Shown in pieces: positions 22,978 through 31,450 of a DNA stretch of 32,000 nucleotides. The notes below the pieces were generated by a model. It did not search any database and was not told the DNA's origin. It was given only the letters and a program-made list of their open reading frames with translations. The first letter of the stretch is position 1. Every line of letters starts with the position of its first letter. The position numbers were made by a program, and so were the translations under genes. Source of the stretch: Nostoc sp. PCC 7120 = FACHB-418 (GTDB lineage Bacteria; Cyanobacteriota; Cyanobacteriia; Cyanobacteriales; Nostocaceae); assembly GCF_000009705.1 (NCBI RefSeq), contig NC_003270.1:8341-40340 (forward strand), in the 5' to 3' direction.

Positions 22978-24579
22978 TCACCTTTCCAAGCGAGGTTTTA
23001 CTAATTTCCACACTAAATAATAGTCATCTCCATACACCAGATTTGGCTTTAACTTATACTTTGTCGCTATTTGCTGCCGCCAAGCATTCGTGGGATTGAG
23101 TAAGAAAATATCTGTAAAATCATTAGGGATATTAGGCACAGTTTGGTCTGATAATAACTGAAATCTCACCTTTGTTTCTGCAAGATAACTTAAAGAAAAT
23201 ACATTACTATAATTAATATCGGAGAAATTAGTAATTAGTAGTGGGCGAGATTTTTGATTAATAAATCTCGCAATCTGAGGATTACCATAACTTACATCCT
23301 TATTCCACCAAGTGTCTGCTTGATAAAACACTATAGAAGATATTAAACCACAAACAATTAATAATCTAGTTATTATCTGCCAGATTCGGCGCTGGGACAG
23401 ATTGCTGTTATACACTTGTGTAGCTAGTAAATAAGCGACAATGGTTTGCATTCCTAAATATGAGGGTAATAAATAAGGTTCAGAACCAGGATGAATACCG
23501 CCTGAATCTAAACCTTGCACGATTAAGGGTAAAGCAGGTACTACAATTAAAATGAGCAGAAATAACCAAACTTGATAGCTGGTTGTGCGATATAAGAAAT
23601 AAATAGCGTAGACAACTAAGAATAAAAAAATAGGTGAGATAAAATAATTTATTTGATTATCTAAACCGAGATTTAAATCAAAAAAGCTCCTACTCAACTG
23701 CACTAAGACAAAAGGAATTAAAGGGATGATATTCAGGTCTTGGCTGTTTGTGCCATCTGATGAAAGGATAAACTGGAAGAACCTAGCGAAAACAATCATC
23801 AGCCAGGGGGAAAATGCCAAAAAACCAAAAACTGTCGCTATGAGATAAGACCTCACGGTTTCAGTAAAGCGTAATTTGGCAATTAATATTACATAAATAC
23901 CATGAGCGAGCGCCACAAATATCGTCCACAAACAGGTATATAAACTCAAAGCCAAAGTGATTCCATAAATCCCCCAAATTGTAAAGGTGTCTGATTTCTG
24001 GGTTGATTGCAAACGTATCGCTCTGAGTAATGCCGTACTAGCAAGTATGATTGTGACCAACCAGAGGATATATTCTCTGCCGTCTTGGGCGTATACTAGG
24101 TGCATAGGCGAATTAGCCATGAGAGCGATCGCTAAACTAGGTAGCGCTAAAGTCACATTAAATAACTCTCGACAAAGCCAATAAAGGCACGGAAAAACTA
24201 ATAAACTAATCAGCGCCGATAAACATCTAATTACTGTTACAGAATTACCAAATATTTCTACCCAAAATCTCACCACAATAAAATACAATGGCGATTTTTG
24301 CGGGCTTTCCAATGCTATGGACATGACTGTATCATTAAAATTTTTGTTCAAATTAGGGCTTTGAAACTCCAGAAAGTTTTCCCTAGAGATTATCTGACCA
24401 TTAAACATTTGTTCTTTTACCTCAGCTACCGTATAGCCAGAAATCCTTAATGAAGTATAAATCTCATTCGCAGAGTAAACTTTTCTATCAATATAAACAA
24501 ATCGAAAAAGTATACACATTACTAAAAGCAAAATTGTTAAAAACCTTAACCAACTCGGCACAAGAGAGAAATCCCGCAT
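22978..24579 (-). CDS. polytopic membrane protein, probably a GT39/ArnT/PMT-like glycosyltransferase
   Basis: 533 aa with about 10 or more hydrophobic segments, an N-terminal loop and a soluble C-terminal domain. This architecture is typical of the GT-C 4-amino-4-deoxy-L-arabinose/mannosyl transferase family. The family assignment is by resemblance only. Confidence 0.55.
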   Translation of the reverse strand: MRDFSLVPSWLRFLTILLLVMCILFRFVYIDRKVYSANEIYTSLRISGYTVAEVKEQMFNGQIISRENFLEFQSPNLNKNFNDTVMSIALESPQKSPLYFIVVRFWVEIFGNSVTVIRCLSALISLLVFPCLYWLCRELFNVTLALPSLAIALMANSPMHLVYAQDGREYILWLVTIILASTALLRAIRLQSTQKSDTFTIWGIYGITLALSLYTCLWTIFVALAHGIYVILIAKLRFTETVRSYLIATVFGFLAFSPWLMIVFARFFQFILSSDGTNSQDLNIIPLIPFVLVQLSRSFFDLNLGLDNQINYFISPIFLFLVVYAIYFLYRTTSYQVWLFLLILIVVPALPLIVQGLDSGGIHPGSEPYLLPSYLGMQTIVAYLLATQVYNSNLSQRRIWQIITRLLIVCGLISSIVFYQADTWWNKDVSYGNPQIARFINQKSRPLLITNFSDINYSNVFSLSYLAETKVRFQLLSDQTVPNIPNDFTDIFLLNPTNAWRQQIATKYKLKPNLVYGDDYYLVWKLVKPRLER

Positions 24580-25071
24580 AATATTTTTATCGAAGCAGAA
24601 TCATTTGGATAGTTAAATTTGGTACATACTAAATAGATAAAGATAAAGTATGTCTACTTATTATCCGCGATTTATAGGAAAATTTGCCCCCTGACCAAGC
24701 AAGGAAAGCGGATATCTAGGTTTGGTGCAAGATATGAGCCTCCCACGCGCGTGATCGCACACTCCCTCAAAATATCCCTGTTTTGTCACTCTCGCAGCAG
24801 TATAATAAGGTACAAATGCTAGGATCAAGACACAGAGTATGGTACAGCCCCGTCCAGCCGCACCAACAGTCAAATTCGTGGACGAATATTGGGGGACTGC
24901 CGGGATATGGATACCGTTGGCGAAACATTACTTAACATAAAAACGGCGGTTTTTCCGTGTAATACATGGAAAAGATAAACTCGTCTCTCCGTGTAATACA
25001 CGGAGAGAAAAAAATTTAGTTAGCTGCCTCAATAATCAATAAACTAGAAGAAATACTTGTGGAGGCAGTAT

Positions 25072-26727
25072 ATGTGCTTACATCCTGAAGAAATTCCTCC
25101 TATTCCCGATGAAACGGTACGCATAGCCAAGGCCGCATTCCCAAAAGGTAATCTTTATATGCGACTGCGTGATGAACTTGGAGTCTTTTACCAGGATGAA
25201 GATTTCGCATCACTGTATCCACAACGGGGTCAGCCAGCGCAAGCACCTTGGCGGTTAGCGATGATACTGGTGATGCAATATCTAGAAAATTTATCTGATA
25301 GACAAGCAACCCAAGCAGTGCAAGGGCGGATTGATTGGAAATACGCTTTGTCGTTGGAGTTGACAGACCCCGGTTTTGATTTTAGTGTTTTAAGCGAATT
25401 CCGTGACCGATTAATTACAGGTGGAGTTGAGCGGCAAATACTAGACTTGATGCTGTCGAAATTTCAGCAACTCAAACTACTATCAGCAAGGGGAAAACAA
25501 CGCACTGACTCAACCCATATATTAGCTGTAGTCAGGGAACTAACAAGACTGGAACATTTGGGGGAAACTCTCCGGTATGCCTTGAATGCTGTCGCTGAAG
25601 TTGCACCTATTTGGCTGAAGTCACTAGCTCCGGTCGAGTGGTATGACCGCTATAGCAGACGTTTTGAAGATACCCGATTGCCAAGAACAGCTTCAGAGCG
25701 AGAAGCCTTAGCCCAGACAATAGGGGCTGATGGCTTTTATTTACTCGATAACATCTATTCCCAAACTTCCCCCATCCAACTGCGACAACTGCCAGCCGTA
25801 GAAATCTTGCGTCAGGTTTGGTTACAGCAATACTATGCACCAACAGACAATATCCAGTTACGCAACGAAAAAGATGGGCCACCTTCTGCGGTACGAATTC
25901 GCTCTCCCTATGATTTAGATGCGCGTAACAGCACCAAACGCACTACTAACTGGACAGGTTACAAAGTGCATTTGACAGAAAGTTGTGATGAAGACTCACC
26001 TCACATGATCACTCATGTAGAAACGACTGTTGCCACAACTCAAGACGTAACAGTTGTTCCCTCAATTCACCAAGCTCTGGGCGAAAAAAACCTCCTGCCT
26101 CAACAGCATTTGGTTGACCAAGCATACACATCAGCACAATTACTTTCTAGCTCAGAGCGAGACTATGACATTGACCTGTTGGGGCCAGTAGCTCTCAATG
26201 TCGGATGGCAAGCAAAGGCGGGACTAGGATTTGATTTATCTCACTTTAAAATAGATTGGCAGCAGAAAGCGGTCTATTGTCCTCAAGGTAAGCGTAGTTA
26301 CCTTTGGAAGAAGAATAAAAATTTTTATGATAAACCCCTAATTTACGTTGAGTTTCGGCAGCGTGATTGTTTGGCTTGTCCAGTTCGCAGCCAATGTACT
26401 CGTGCAAAAACCAACCCGCGCGGATTAAGCATACAAGTGCAATCTGATTATGAAGCTCTTCAAAAAGCTAGAGACCGACAAAAAACTGAGGAATTTCAAA
26501 AACAGTATGAGCTGCGTTCAGGCATTGAAGGTACTATCTCTCAAGGAATTCGAGCTTTTGAATTGCGCGATTGCCGTTATATTGGGTTAGCTAAAACTCA
26601 TCTACAGCATATCCTAACTGCTGCCGCTATCAATCTCAGTCGAGTTTTCGCGTGGTTGGAGCAGATCCCAAGAGCTAAAACTCGCTCCTCACACTTTGCA
26701 AGGCTGGCAGACTCTACTGCGCGCTAG
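25072..26727 (+). CDS. DDE transposase, IS4/IS5-superfamily (IS1182-like)
   Basis: GGAGG lies 6 nt upstream of ATG 25072, which is preferred over TTG 25057. InsH-like N-terminal region. Cys cluster CPQGK...CLACPVRSQC. C-terminal YELRSGIEGTISQGIR...RYIGLAKT motif, typical of IS1182/IS5-type enzymes. Confidence 0.85.
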   Translation: MCLHPEEIPPIPDETVRIAKAAFPKGNLYMRLRDELGVFYQDEDFASLYPQRGQPAQAPWRLAMILVMQYLENLSDRQATQAVQGRIDWKYALSLELTDPGFDFSVLSEFRDRLITGGVERQILDLMLSKFQQLKLLSARGKQRTDSTHILAVVRELTRLEHLGETLRYALNAVAEVAPIWLKSLAPVEWYDRYSRRFEDTRLPRTASEREALAQTIGADGFYLLDNIYSQTSPIQLRQLPAVEILRQVWLQQYYAPTDNIQLRNEKDGPPSAVRIRSPYDLDARNSTKRTTNWTGYKVHLTESCDEDSPHMITHVETTVATTQDVTVVPSIHQALGEKNLLPQQHLVDQAYTSAQLLSSSERDYDIDLLGPVALNVGWQAKAGLGFDLSHFKIDWQQKAVYCPQGKRSYLWKKNKNFYDKPLIYVEFRQRDCLACPVRSQCTRAKTNPRGLSIQVQSDYEALQKARDRQKTEEFQKQYELRSGIEGTISQGIRAFELRDCRYIGLAKTHLQHILTAAAINLSRVFAWLEQIPRAKTRSSHFARLADSTAR

Positions 26728-26846
26728 ATAATACTCGTTTAGACTGTTGCTCAAACATCAATAAGATTTAAGTATTTTACCGTGTATTACATGGGTAAAC
26801 ATCGTCATTTCTAGTTACATTTACGGTGTAATACACGGGTGTGCTG

Positions 26847-27281
26847 ATGTTGAAACGCGATATTCAGGGAAAGTTTGCGCTCAAAAATGATGATTATCGT
26901 GAAGTACGTTCTTTGCGACTGACTGATGATACCTGGAAGAGCTTAGGGATAGCCTCTGAATGTTTTGGTTTAACCAGGGCTGACTATTTAGAACATATTG
27001 TTAGGCATAACGCCACCCCTTGTATTACACGGGAAGAGTCAGAATTTTTAGCCCCCCATCCAGGGGAAAACGAACCTCAACCGAGTATTACACGGCAGGG
27101 TGAGCTTCATCAGACATCTGATAAGCCTGCGAAACAGTCTGTTGGGTTGGCGATAGAGGAACTTGAAATTTTACGTGACCGTGTTTTGTCTGAACTGAAG
27201 TTAGGTAAGCAGGCTACTGGGTATAAAACTGCTCATAAGGTTCTCAATCGTTTTATTGCTGAACTAATCGGTTCAGTTTAG
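26847..27281 (+). CDS. RHH-like DNA-binding protein carried inside the IS (passenger or regulatory ORF)
   Basis: RSLRLTDDTWKSLGIASECFGLTRADYLEHIV fits a strand-helix-helix pattern. It lies between the transposase stop and the IRR. A truncated paralogue lies at 21558-21776. The track start is GTG 26841 and an ATG lies at 26847. Confidence 0.55.
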   Translation: MLKRDIQGKFALKNDDYREVRSLRLTDDTWKSLGIASECFGLTRADYLEHIVRHNATPCITREESEFLAPHPGENEPQPSITRQGELHQTSDKPAKQSVGLAIEELEILRDRVLSELKLGKQATGYKTAHKVLNRFIAELIGSV

Positions 27282-27558
27282 CTGTTTGGGGAATTCGCCA
27301 ACGGTATCGGATATGTGGAAATTAGGACACGTTGTAAAGAAATATTGCAGTTCCTATTTAATTGATTTACTAACTTGCCCCCAAATGGTGCAGGAGTATT
27401 CAAGTTTTTCTTTAGGTCGAGGGGAAGATAATACTCCCCCTCGACCTAACTCGATACCAAATTGATGTATCATTTTTTTACATATATTTTGATGTTTGTT
27501 TTCCACCTACTACTGCTCATTATTGGACACAATTGGGGTATATTTTGACCAGTGTTAA

Positions 27559-28335
27559 ATGTGGGCGGTGAAATTGACCAAGATAATCTCACTTTTTAAT
27601 CAAGCTGGTGGTGTCGCTAAAACAACAACAACCCAAAATCTTGGTTATCACCTTTCACTTCGTCGCCACAGAGTGCTGGTGATAGACATCGACCCCCAAG
27701 CCTCCCTAACAACCTTCATGGGGTTAGAACCGGCTGATTTAGAAAAAACTATTTACGATGCTCTGGTGTCTGAGTCTGATGAACCCATACCCATACATGG
27801 GGATTTACACAGCATGGACTTAGCTCCAGCTAACATCTTGCTGGCTAATGCAGAACAAGAGCTAATATTTGCTGAACTGCGCGAATTTCGGCTCAAAGAA
27901 GTATTAGTTCCTGTATTGGATAACTACGATTTTATTTTGATTGACTGCCCCCCCAGTTTGGGCATTCTCAGTCAAATTAGCTTGGTTGCCTCTACTCATG
28001 TATTGGTTCCCATTCAGTGCCAGTTCAAAGCATTGAAGGGGACAGACTCGCTATTAAAAACGGTCGCCAGAGTCCAGCGCAAGCTCAACCGCTCCCTGAA
28101 AATAGCGGGGTTTTTCCCTACCATGTACTCTGCTAGTAACTCTTTAGACCAAAGAACCCTAGAATCAATTCGTGAGCAACTGTCGAGTTTGTCCACGATA
28201 TTTACACCACTACCTCGCGCTACCTCCCTAGCAGAAGCGGCTGAGTATGGTAAACCTTTGGCATTATGCCCGAATAAAAATCCTGCTATACTCCGCATTT
28301 TTGATGACATAGCAGAAGCTATGGAGGTTTTATAG
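27559..28335 (+). CDS. parA: ParA/Soj-family partition ATPase with a non-canonical deviant Walker A
   Basis: IISLFNQAGGVAKTTT (P-loop), VLVIDIDPQAS and FILIDCPPSLG. It is immediately followed by parB (TAG then ATG). Confidence 0.85.
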   Translation: MWAVKLTKIISLFNQAGGVAKTTTTQNLGYHLSLRRHRVLVIDIDPQASLTTFMGLEPADLEKTIYDALVSESDEPIPIHGDLHSMDLAPANILLANAEQELIFAELREFRLKEVLVPVLDNYDFILIDCPPSLGILSQISLVASTHVLVPIQCQFKALKGTDSLLKTVARVQRKLNRSLKIAGFFPTMYSASNSLDQRTLESIREQLSSLSTIFTPLPRATSLAEAAEYGKPLALCPNKNPAILRIFDDIAEAMEVL

Positions 28336-29259
28336 ATGAGTCCTAGACGTGCCAGCCAACCACCTGCTGATAGAAGCAAACTCAAGAACGTTGCCCTATT
28401 CAAAGAGGATGATGAGAATTTAGTCCCTACTAAGGTATCACTGGACAAAATTATTCTCCCCTCTAGTCAACCTCGACGTTATTTTGACCCCCAGGCGATG
28501 CAATCTTTGGTGGAGTCAGTCAAACGTGAAGGTATCCTCCAGCCGCTATTGGTTAGACCAGTAGGGGATAAGTATGAATTAGTGGCAGGAGAGCGCAGAT
28601 ATAGGGCAGCGCAAGAAGCAGCTTTAACAGAAGTGCCAATAACGGCACGAGAGATGTCGGATGAGCAGGCGGTACAGTATGCTCTAACTGAGAATTTACA
28701 ACGGTCAGACTTAAACCCTATAGAAGAAACTGAAGGCATCTTGCAACTGTTGGCGCTGCGACTGGGATGCGAACCAGCCGAAGTCTCCTCTGTACTCTAC
28801 AGAATAGAGAATGAAGCCAAGGGTAAGATTACCCGAAACGTTTCGGGTAATTCTGAGGCAGAAGTAGTAGAAAAAGCGTTTACTGAATTGGGGAAGATGA
28901 GTTGGCAATCATTTGTCCGTACCCGACTACCACTGTTGAAACTGCCAGAAGATATTTTATCAGCCCTACGTGCTGGACAAATTGAGTACACCAAGGGCAA
29001 GGAAATTGCCAAAATAAAATCACTAGAGGAAAGAACTGAACTTTTAGAAGCTGCCCTAACGCTATCTTTATCCCTCTCGGAAATTCAACAGCAGGTCAAA
29101 GCTAAACAACCCTCTGACACAATTCCACCACTGCAAAGTCGTTTAGATACTACATATAAGAAAGCGAAAAAGCTCAAGGTCTGGGAAAATCCCCAGAAGC
29201 AGGAGAAACTAGAATCTTTGTTGAAAGAATTAGAAGCTTTAATGGCTGATGAAGGATAA
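28336..29259 (+). CDS. parB: ParB/Spo0J-family centromere-binding protein
   Basis: ParB box LQPLLVRPVGDKYELVAGERRYRAAQ. HTH region SDEQAVQYALTENLQRSDLNPIEE. Positioned downstream of parA. Confidence 0.9.
   Translation: MSPRRASQPPADRSKLKNVALFKEDDENLVPTKVSLDKIILPSSQPRRYFDPQAMQSLVESVKREGILQPLLVRPVGDKYELVAGERRYRAAQEAALTEVPITAREMSDEQAVQYALTENLQRSDLNPIEETEGILQLLALRLGCEPAEVSSVLYRIENEAKGKITRNVSGNSEAEVVEKAFTELGKMSWQSFVRTRLPLLKLPEDILSALRAGQIEYTKGKEIAKIKSLEERTELLEAALTLSLSLSEIQQQVKAKQPSDTIPPLQSRLDTTYKKAKKLKVWENPQKQEKLESLLKELEALMADEG
28828..28851. other. parS-like 24-bp perfect palindrome ATTACCCGAAACGTTTCGGGTAAT inside parB
   Basis: Read directly. It shares the 22-bp core TTACCCGAAACGTTTCGGGTAA with the site at 29952-29977. 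Confidence 0.6.
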
Positions 29260-29302
29260 ATGCCAGATAATGTTAAACAAAGACTAGCTAGGAAAAGAAA
29301 AT

Positions 29303-29500
29303 ATGGCTGCCATAACAATTAATATTACAGAGCAGCAACTACAAAAATTGCAGGAATTAGCGGAAAAGTTGGGGATGTCTACTGAAGAATTGTTATCTGC
29401 CTCTGTAGAAGATTTGTTGAACTACCCCCAAAATGAGTTTAACCAATCAGCTAGTTATGTACTGCGAAAAAATGCTGAACTTTACAAGCGATTAGCATGA
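29303..29500 (+). CDS. Phd/RHH-type antitoxin partner of Doc, 65 aa
   Basis: A small acidic ORF whose stop overlaps the doc start (ATGA at 29497-29500). This is the classic type II TA arrangement. Confidence 0.65.
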   Translation: MAAITINITEQQLQKLQELAEKLGMSTEELLSASVEDLLNYPQNEFNQSASYVLRKNAELYKRLA

Positions 29501-29883
29501 TTCGCTTCTTGACACTGGTTGAAGTTGTCGAACTTCACCGTCAGATTATCGAGCAGTCTGGTGGCGCGTTGGGTATCCGCGATAGAGGTACTTTAGAATC
29601 TGCACTGGCTCAACCTCGGATGACTTTTGGCGGTGAGGATCTGTACCCGACACTTGTTGATAAGGCTGCGGCTATCGGTTTTTCGCTGATCATGAATCAT
29701 CCATTTATTGATGGGAATAAGCGGATTGGTCATGCAGCAATGGAAGTTTTTCTAGTCATGAATGGTAATGAAATTGATGCTTCTGTCGATGAGCAGGAGA
29801 CGATTATACTATCTCTAGCATCGGGTGAACTTGAGCGTGAGGCATTTGTACAATGGTTGAAAAATCATATCAAGGTTATCTAA
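29497..29883 (+). CDS. doc: Doc (death-on-curing) Fic-fold toxin
   Basis: Fic/Doc motif HPFIDGNKRIG (nt 29698-29727). Size 128 aa. Confidence 0.9.
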   Translation: MIRFLTLVEVVELHRQIIEQSGGALGIRDRGTLESALAQPRMTFGGEDLYPTLVDKAAAIGFSLIMNHPFIDGNKRIGHAAMEVFLVMNGNEIDASVDEQETIILSLASGELEREAFVQWLKNHIKVI

Positions 29884-29951
29884 TGTCTAAGCGGGGAGTT
29901 GAATCAGAAAGACTCTTTGCAGTGGGGTAAAGAAAATGAACCTACAGCAAA

Positions 29952-29977
29952 AGTTACCCGAAACGTTTCGGGTAACT
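29952..29977. other. parS-like 26-bp perfect palindrome AGTTACCCGAAACGTTTCGGGTAACT
   Basis: Read directly. It is intergenic, about 70 nt downstream of doc. Confidence 0.6.
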
Positions 29978-30078
29978 CAGATTTAGGATTTCTTTGAATC
30001 GGCACTTAAGATTGCTTCCACCTGTGCAAATATCTCATTGCAGAGGTGGAAATTTGTTATTGAATGCTTTCTACGCAT

Positions 30079-30411
30079 CTATGAAGCTACACCAGTTACT
30101 TCTCCTGTCGCCTCTGCCTCTACATCTGGTTTAGGCTCCTTCGCTTTCTTTTCAAAAATCTGAAGCCCTGCGTCAACCACTTCAAAACCATTTTCTGTTC
30201 GTTGACCAAGCTTACCTGATATAGCCCCAGCCCAGTCTGCGAACTCAGCCGTATTGGTTTCAGCCTTGCGCCAGCTTTTCGCGTTGATCAGCGCAGTGAA
30301 GACTACACCATTCTGGTCAGTCAGTGAGACTTCAACTTTTTTGTTCTCTGCTGGTTTGGCTTCTGGCAATGAGCCGCTAAATTTAATTGTCACTTCACTC
30401 TTGGCTTGCAT
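30079..30411 (-). CDS. hypothetical protein, 110 aa
   Basis: A clean open frame with a G-rich stretch upstream of the ATG. No recognisable motif. Confidence 0.4.
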   Translation of the reverse strand: MQAKSEVTIKFSGSLPEAKPAENKKVEVSLTDQNGVVFTALINAKSWRKAETNTAEFADWAGAISGKLGQRTENGFEVVDAGLQIFEKKAKEPKPDVEAEATGEVTGVAS

Positions 30412-30723
30412 ACTTCGCCCCCTGGCTCATCAAAGACTCAAATTTCCGCACTTGATTTTATCAAGCCCTGAGAAAAACTTCGCTCCCTAAACATTATTTA
30501 AATCGATTTGAAACAAGTGAGTTGAGCCAAAACTAATTTGACAAGCGCAGTCTAGAAAATTACTCCTATTAAACTACATATATGCTACAAAGATTTACTA
30601 CACAGGACTCTCTTTGCTTGAACAGGTGAAAGTTGGCTGTAATTCTACTAGGCTTGGCTGAAACTATTACAGGCAGAGGATTTGACGATGTTCGACAGAG
30701 ATTCTGTCGAACATCAAGATTGC

Positions 30724-31104
30724 TTAATTTGAGCTATTGTGGTTCCTGGACGATGTTTGGGGTAAAAACCCATTGTCAGAGAAACCATTTGTCTGTTGAG
30801 CTTGACCTTGGTTAGCTATCGTCTGTGTCTTCACTACTGCTGGTTCTAGAAACACCGCTCGAATTAACGCTGCTTGTGCTTCCAATTGTTCAATTGCCCA
30901 TATAGCCCTTTGTCTTAGTTGCTCACCATCTACCCCATCAGCAGACATGGCAAAAGGCGACCAATGTTGTTTCAGGGTCAACATCACTATTTCTGGTAAT
31001 GTCCCTAAGTCAAATGGTTCTGTTTTCAGATATTTTAGTAACTGACCTTCTGAGCTATCTACCCTTCGCTTAATTGTCAAAAACAATTTTTGATTTTGTT
31101 TCAT
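30724..31104 (-). CDS. hypothetical protein, 126 aa
   Basis: An open frame facing a dyad-rich upstream region (31321-31450). No recognisable motif. Confidence 0.4.
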   Translation of the reverse strand: MKQNQKLFLTIKRRVDSSEGQLLKYLKTEPFDLGTLPEIVMLTLKQHWSPFAMSADGVDGEQLRQRAIWAIEQLEAQAALIRAVFLEPAVVKTQTIANQGQAQQTNGFSDNGFLPQTSSRNHNSSN

Positions 31105-31320
31105 ATTTTTCTGTGAGCAAAGCTTTCGTGCAATTATTCATTGCAATGATGTAACTGTTGTTAGGTAGTTCCATTTTCTTTGCACAGCCGAAATTCAGAA
31201 ATTTCTTATGTACACTTTAACTGAAGAAAGTTCTTTTTTACAAGTTGATTTTTTAACTCCACTAAGTCTATGTCATTAGTGGATTTAATTATCCTAAATT
31301 GTATAGTACACTACAGTTTT

Positions 31321-31450
31321 CTTGGCATAGTCTAGACTAGTTGTAGGCTATGCCCAGGCTATGCCTAGACATAGCTTTAGCTTAATAGCCACTTAAAAAA
31401 GCAATTTCTCAAGTTATGCTATAGCTATGCCCAGGCTAGGTCTAGGCATA
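31321..31450. repeat. dyad/iteron cluster: 15-nt direct repeat GCTATGCCCAGGCTA (31347-31361 and 31424-31438) plus the 12-nt palindrome TAGTCTAGACTA (31328-31339)
   Basis: Read directly. It lies in a non-coding AT-rich region upstream of the minus-strand ORF 30724-31104. Confidence 0.5.

Larger units (their letters stand above)
24910..27308 (+). mobile_element. intact insertion sequence (2399 bp): perfect 15-bp TIRs GATACCGTTGGCGAA, 7-bp target duplication GGATATG, transposase plus a passenger RHH-like ORF
   Basis: IRL is 24910-24924. IRR is 27294-27308, an exact reverse complement. GGATATG lies at 24903-24909 and 27309-27315. All were read directly. Confidence 0.8.

Noticed and set aside
24661-24873. 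A 70-aa ORF on the minus strand between the glycosyltransferase gene and the IS.
   Set aside because: It has no RBS, no recognisable motif and an odd composition. It cannot be supported.
28014-28448. A 144-aa ORF antisense to the parA/parB junction, plus other antisense ORFs at 28479-29318.
   Set aside because: They are antisense to strongly supported par genes and show no independent signals.
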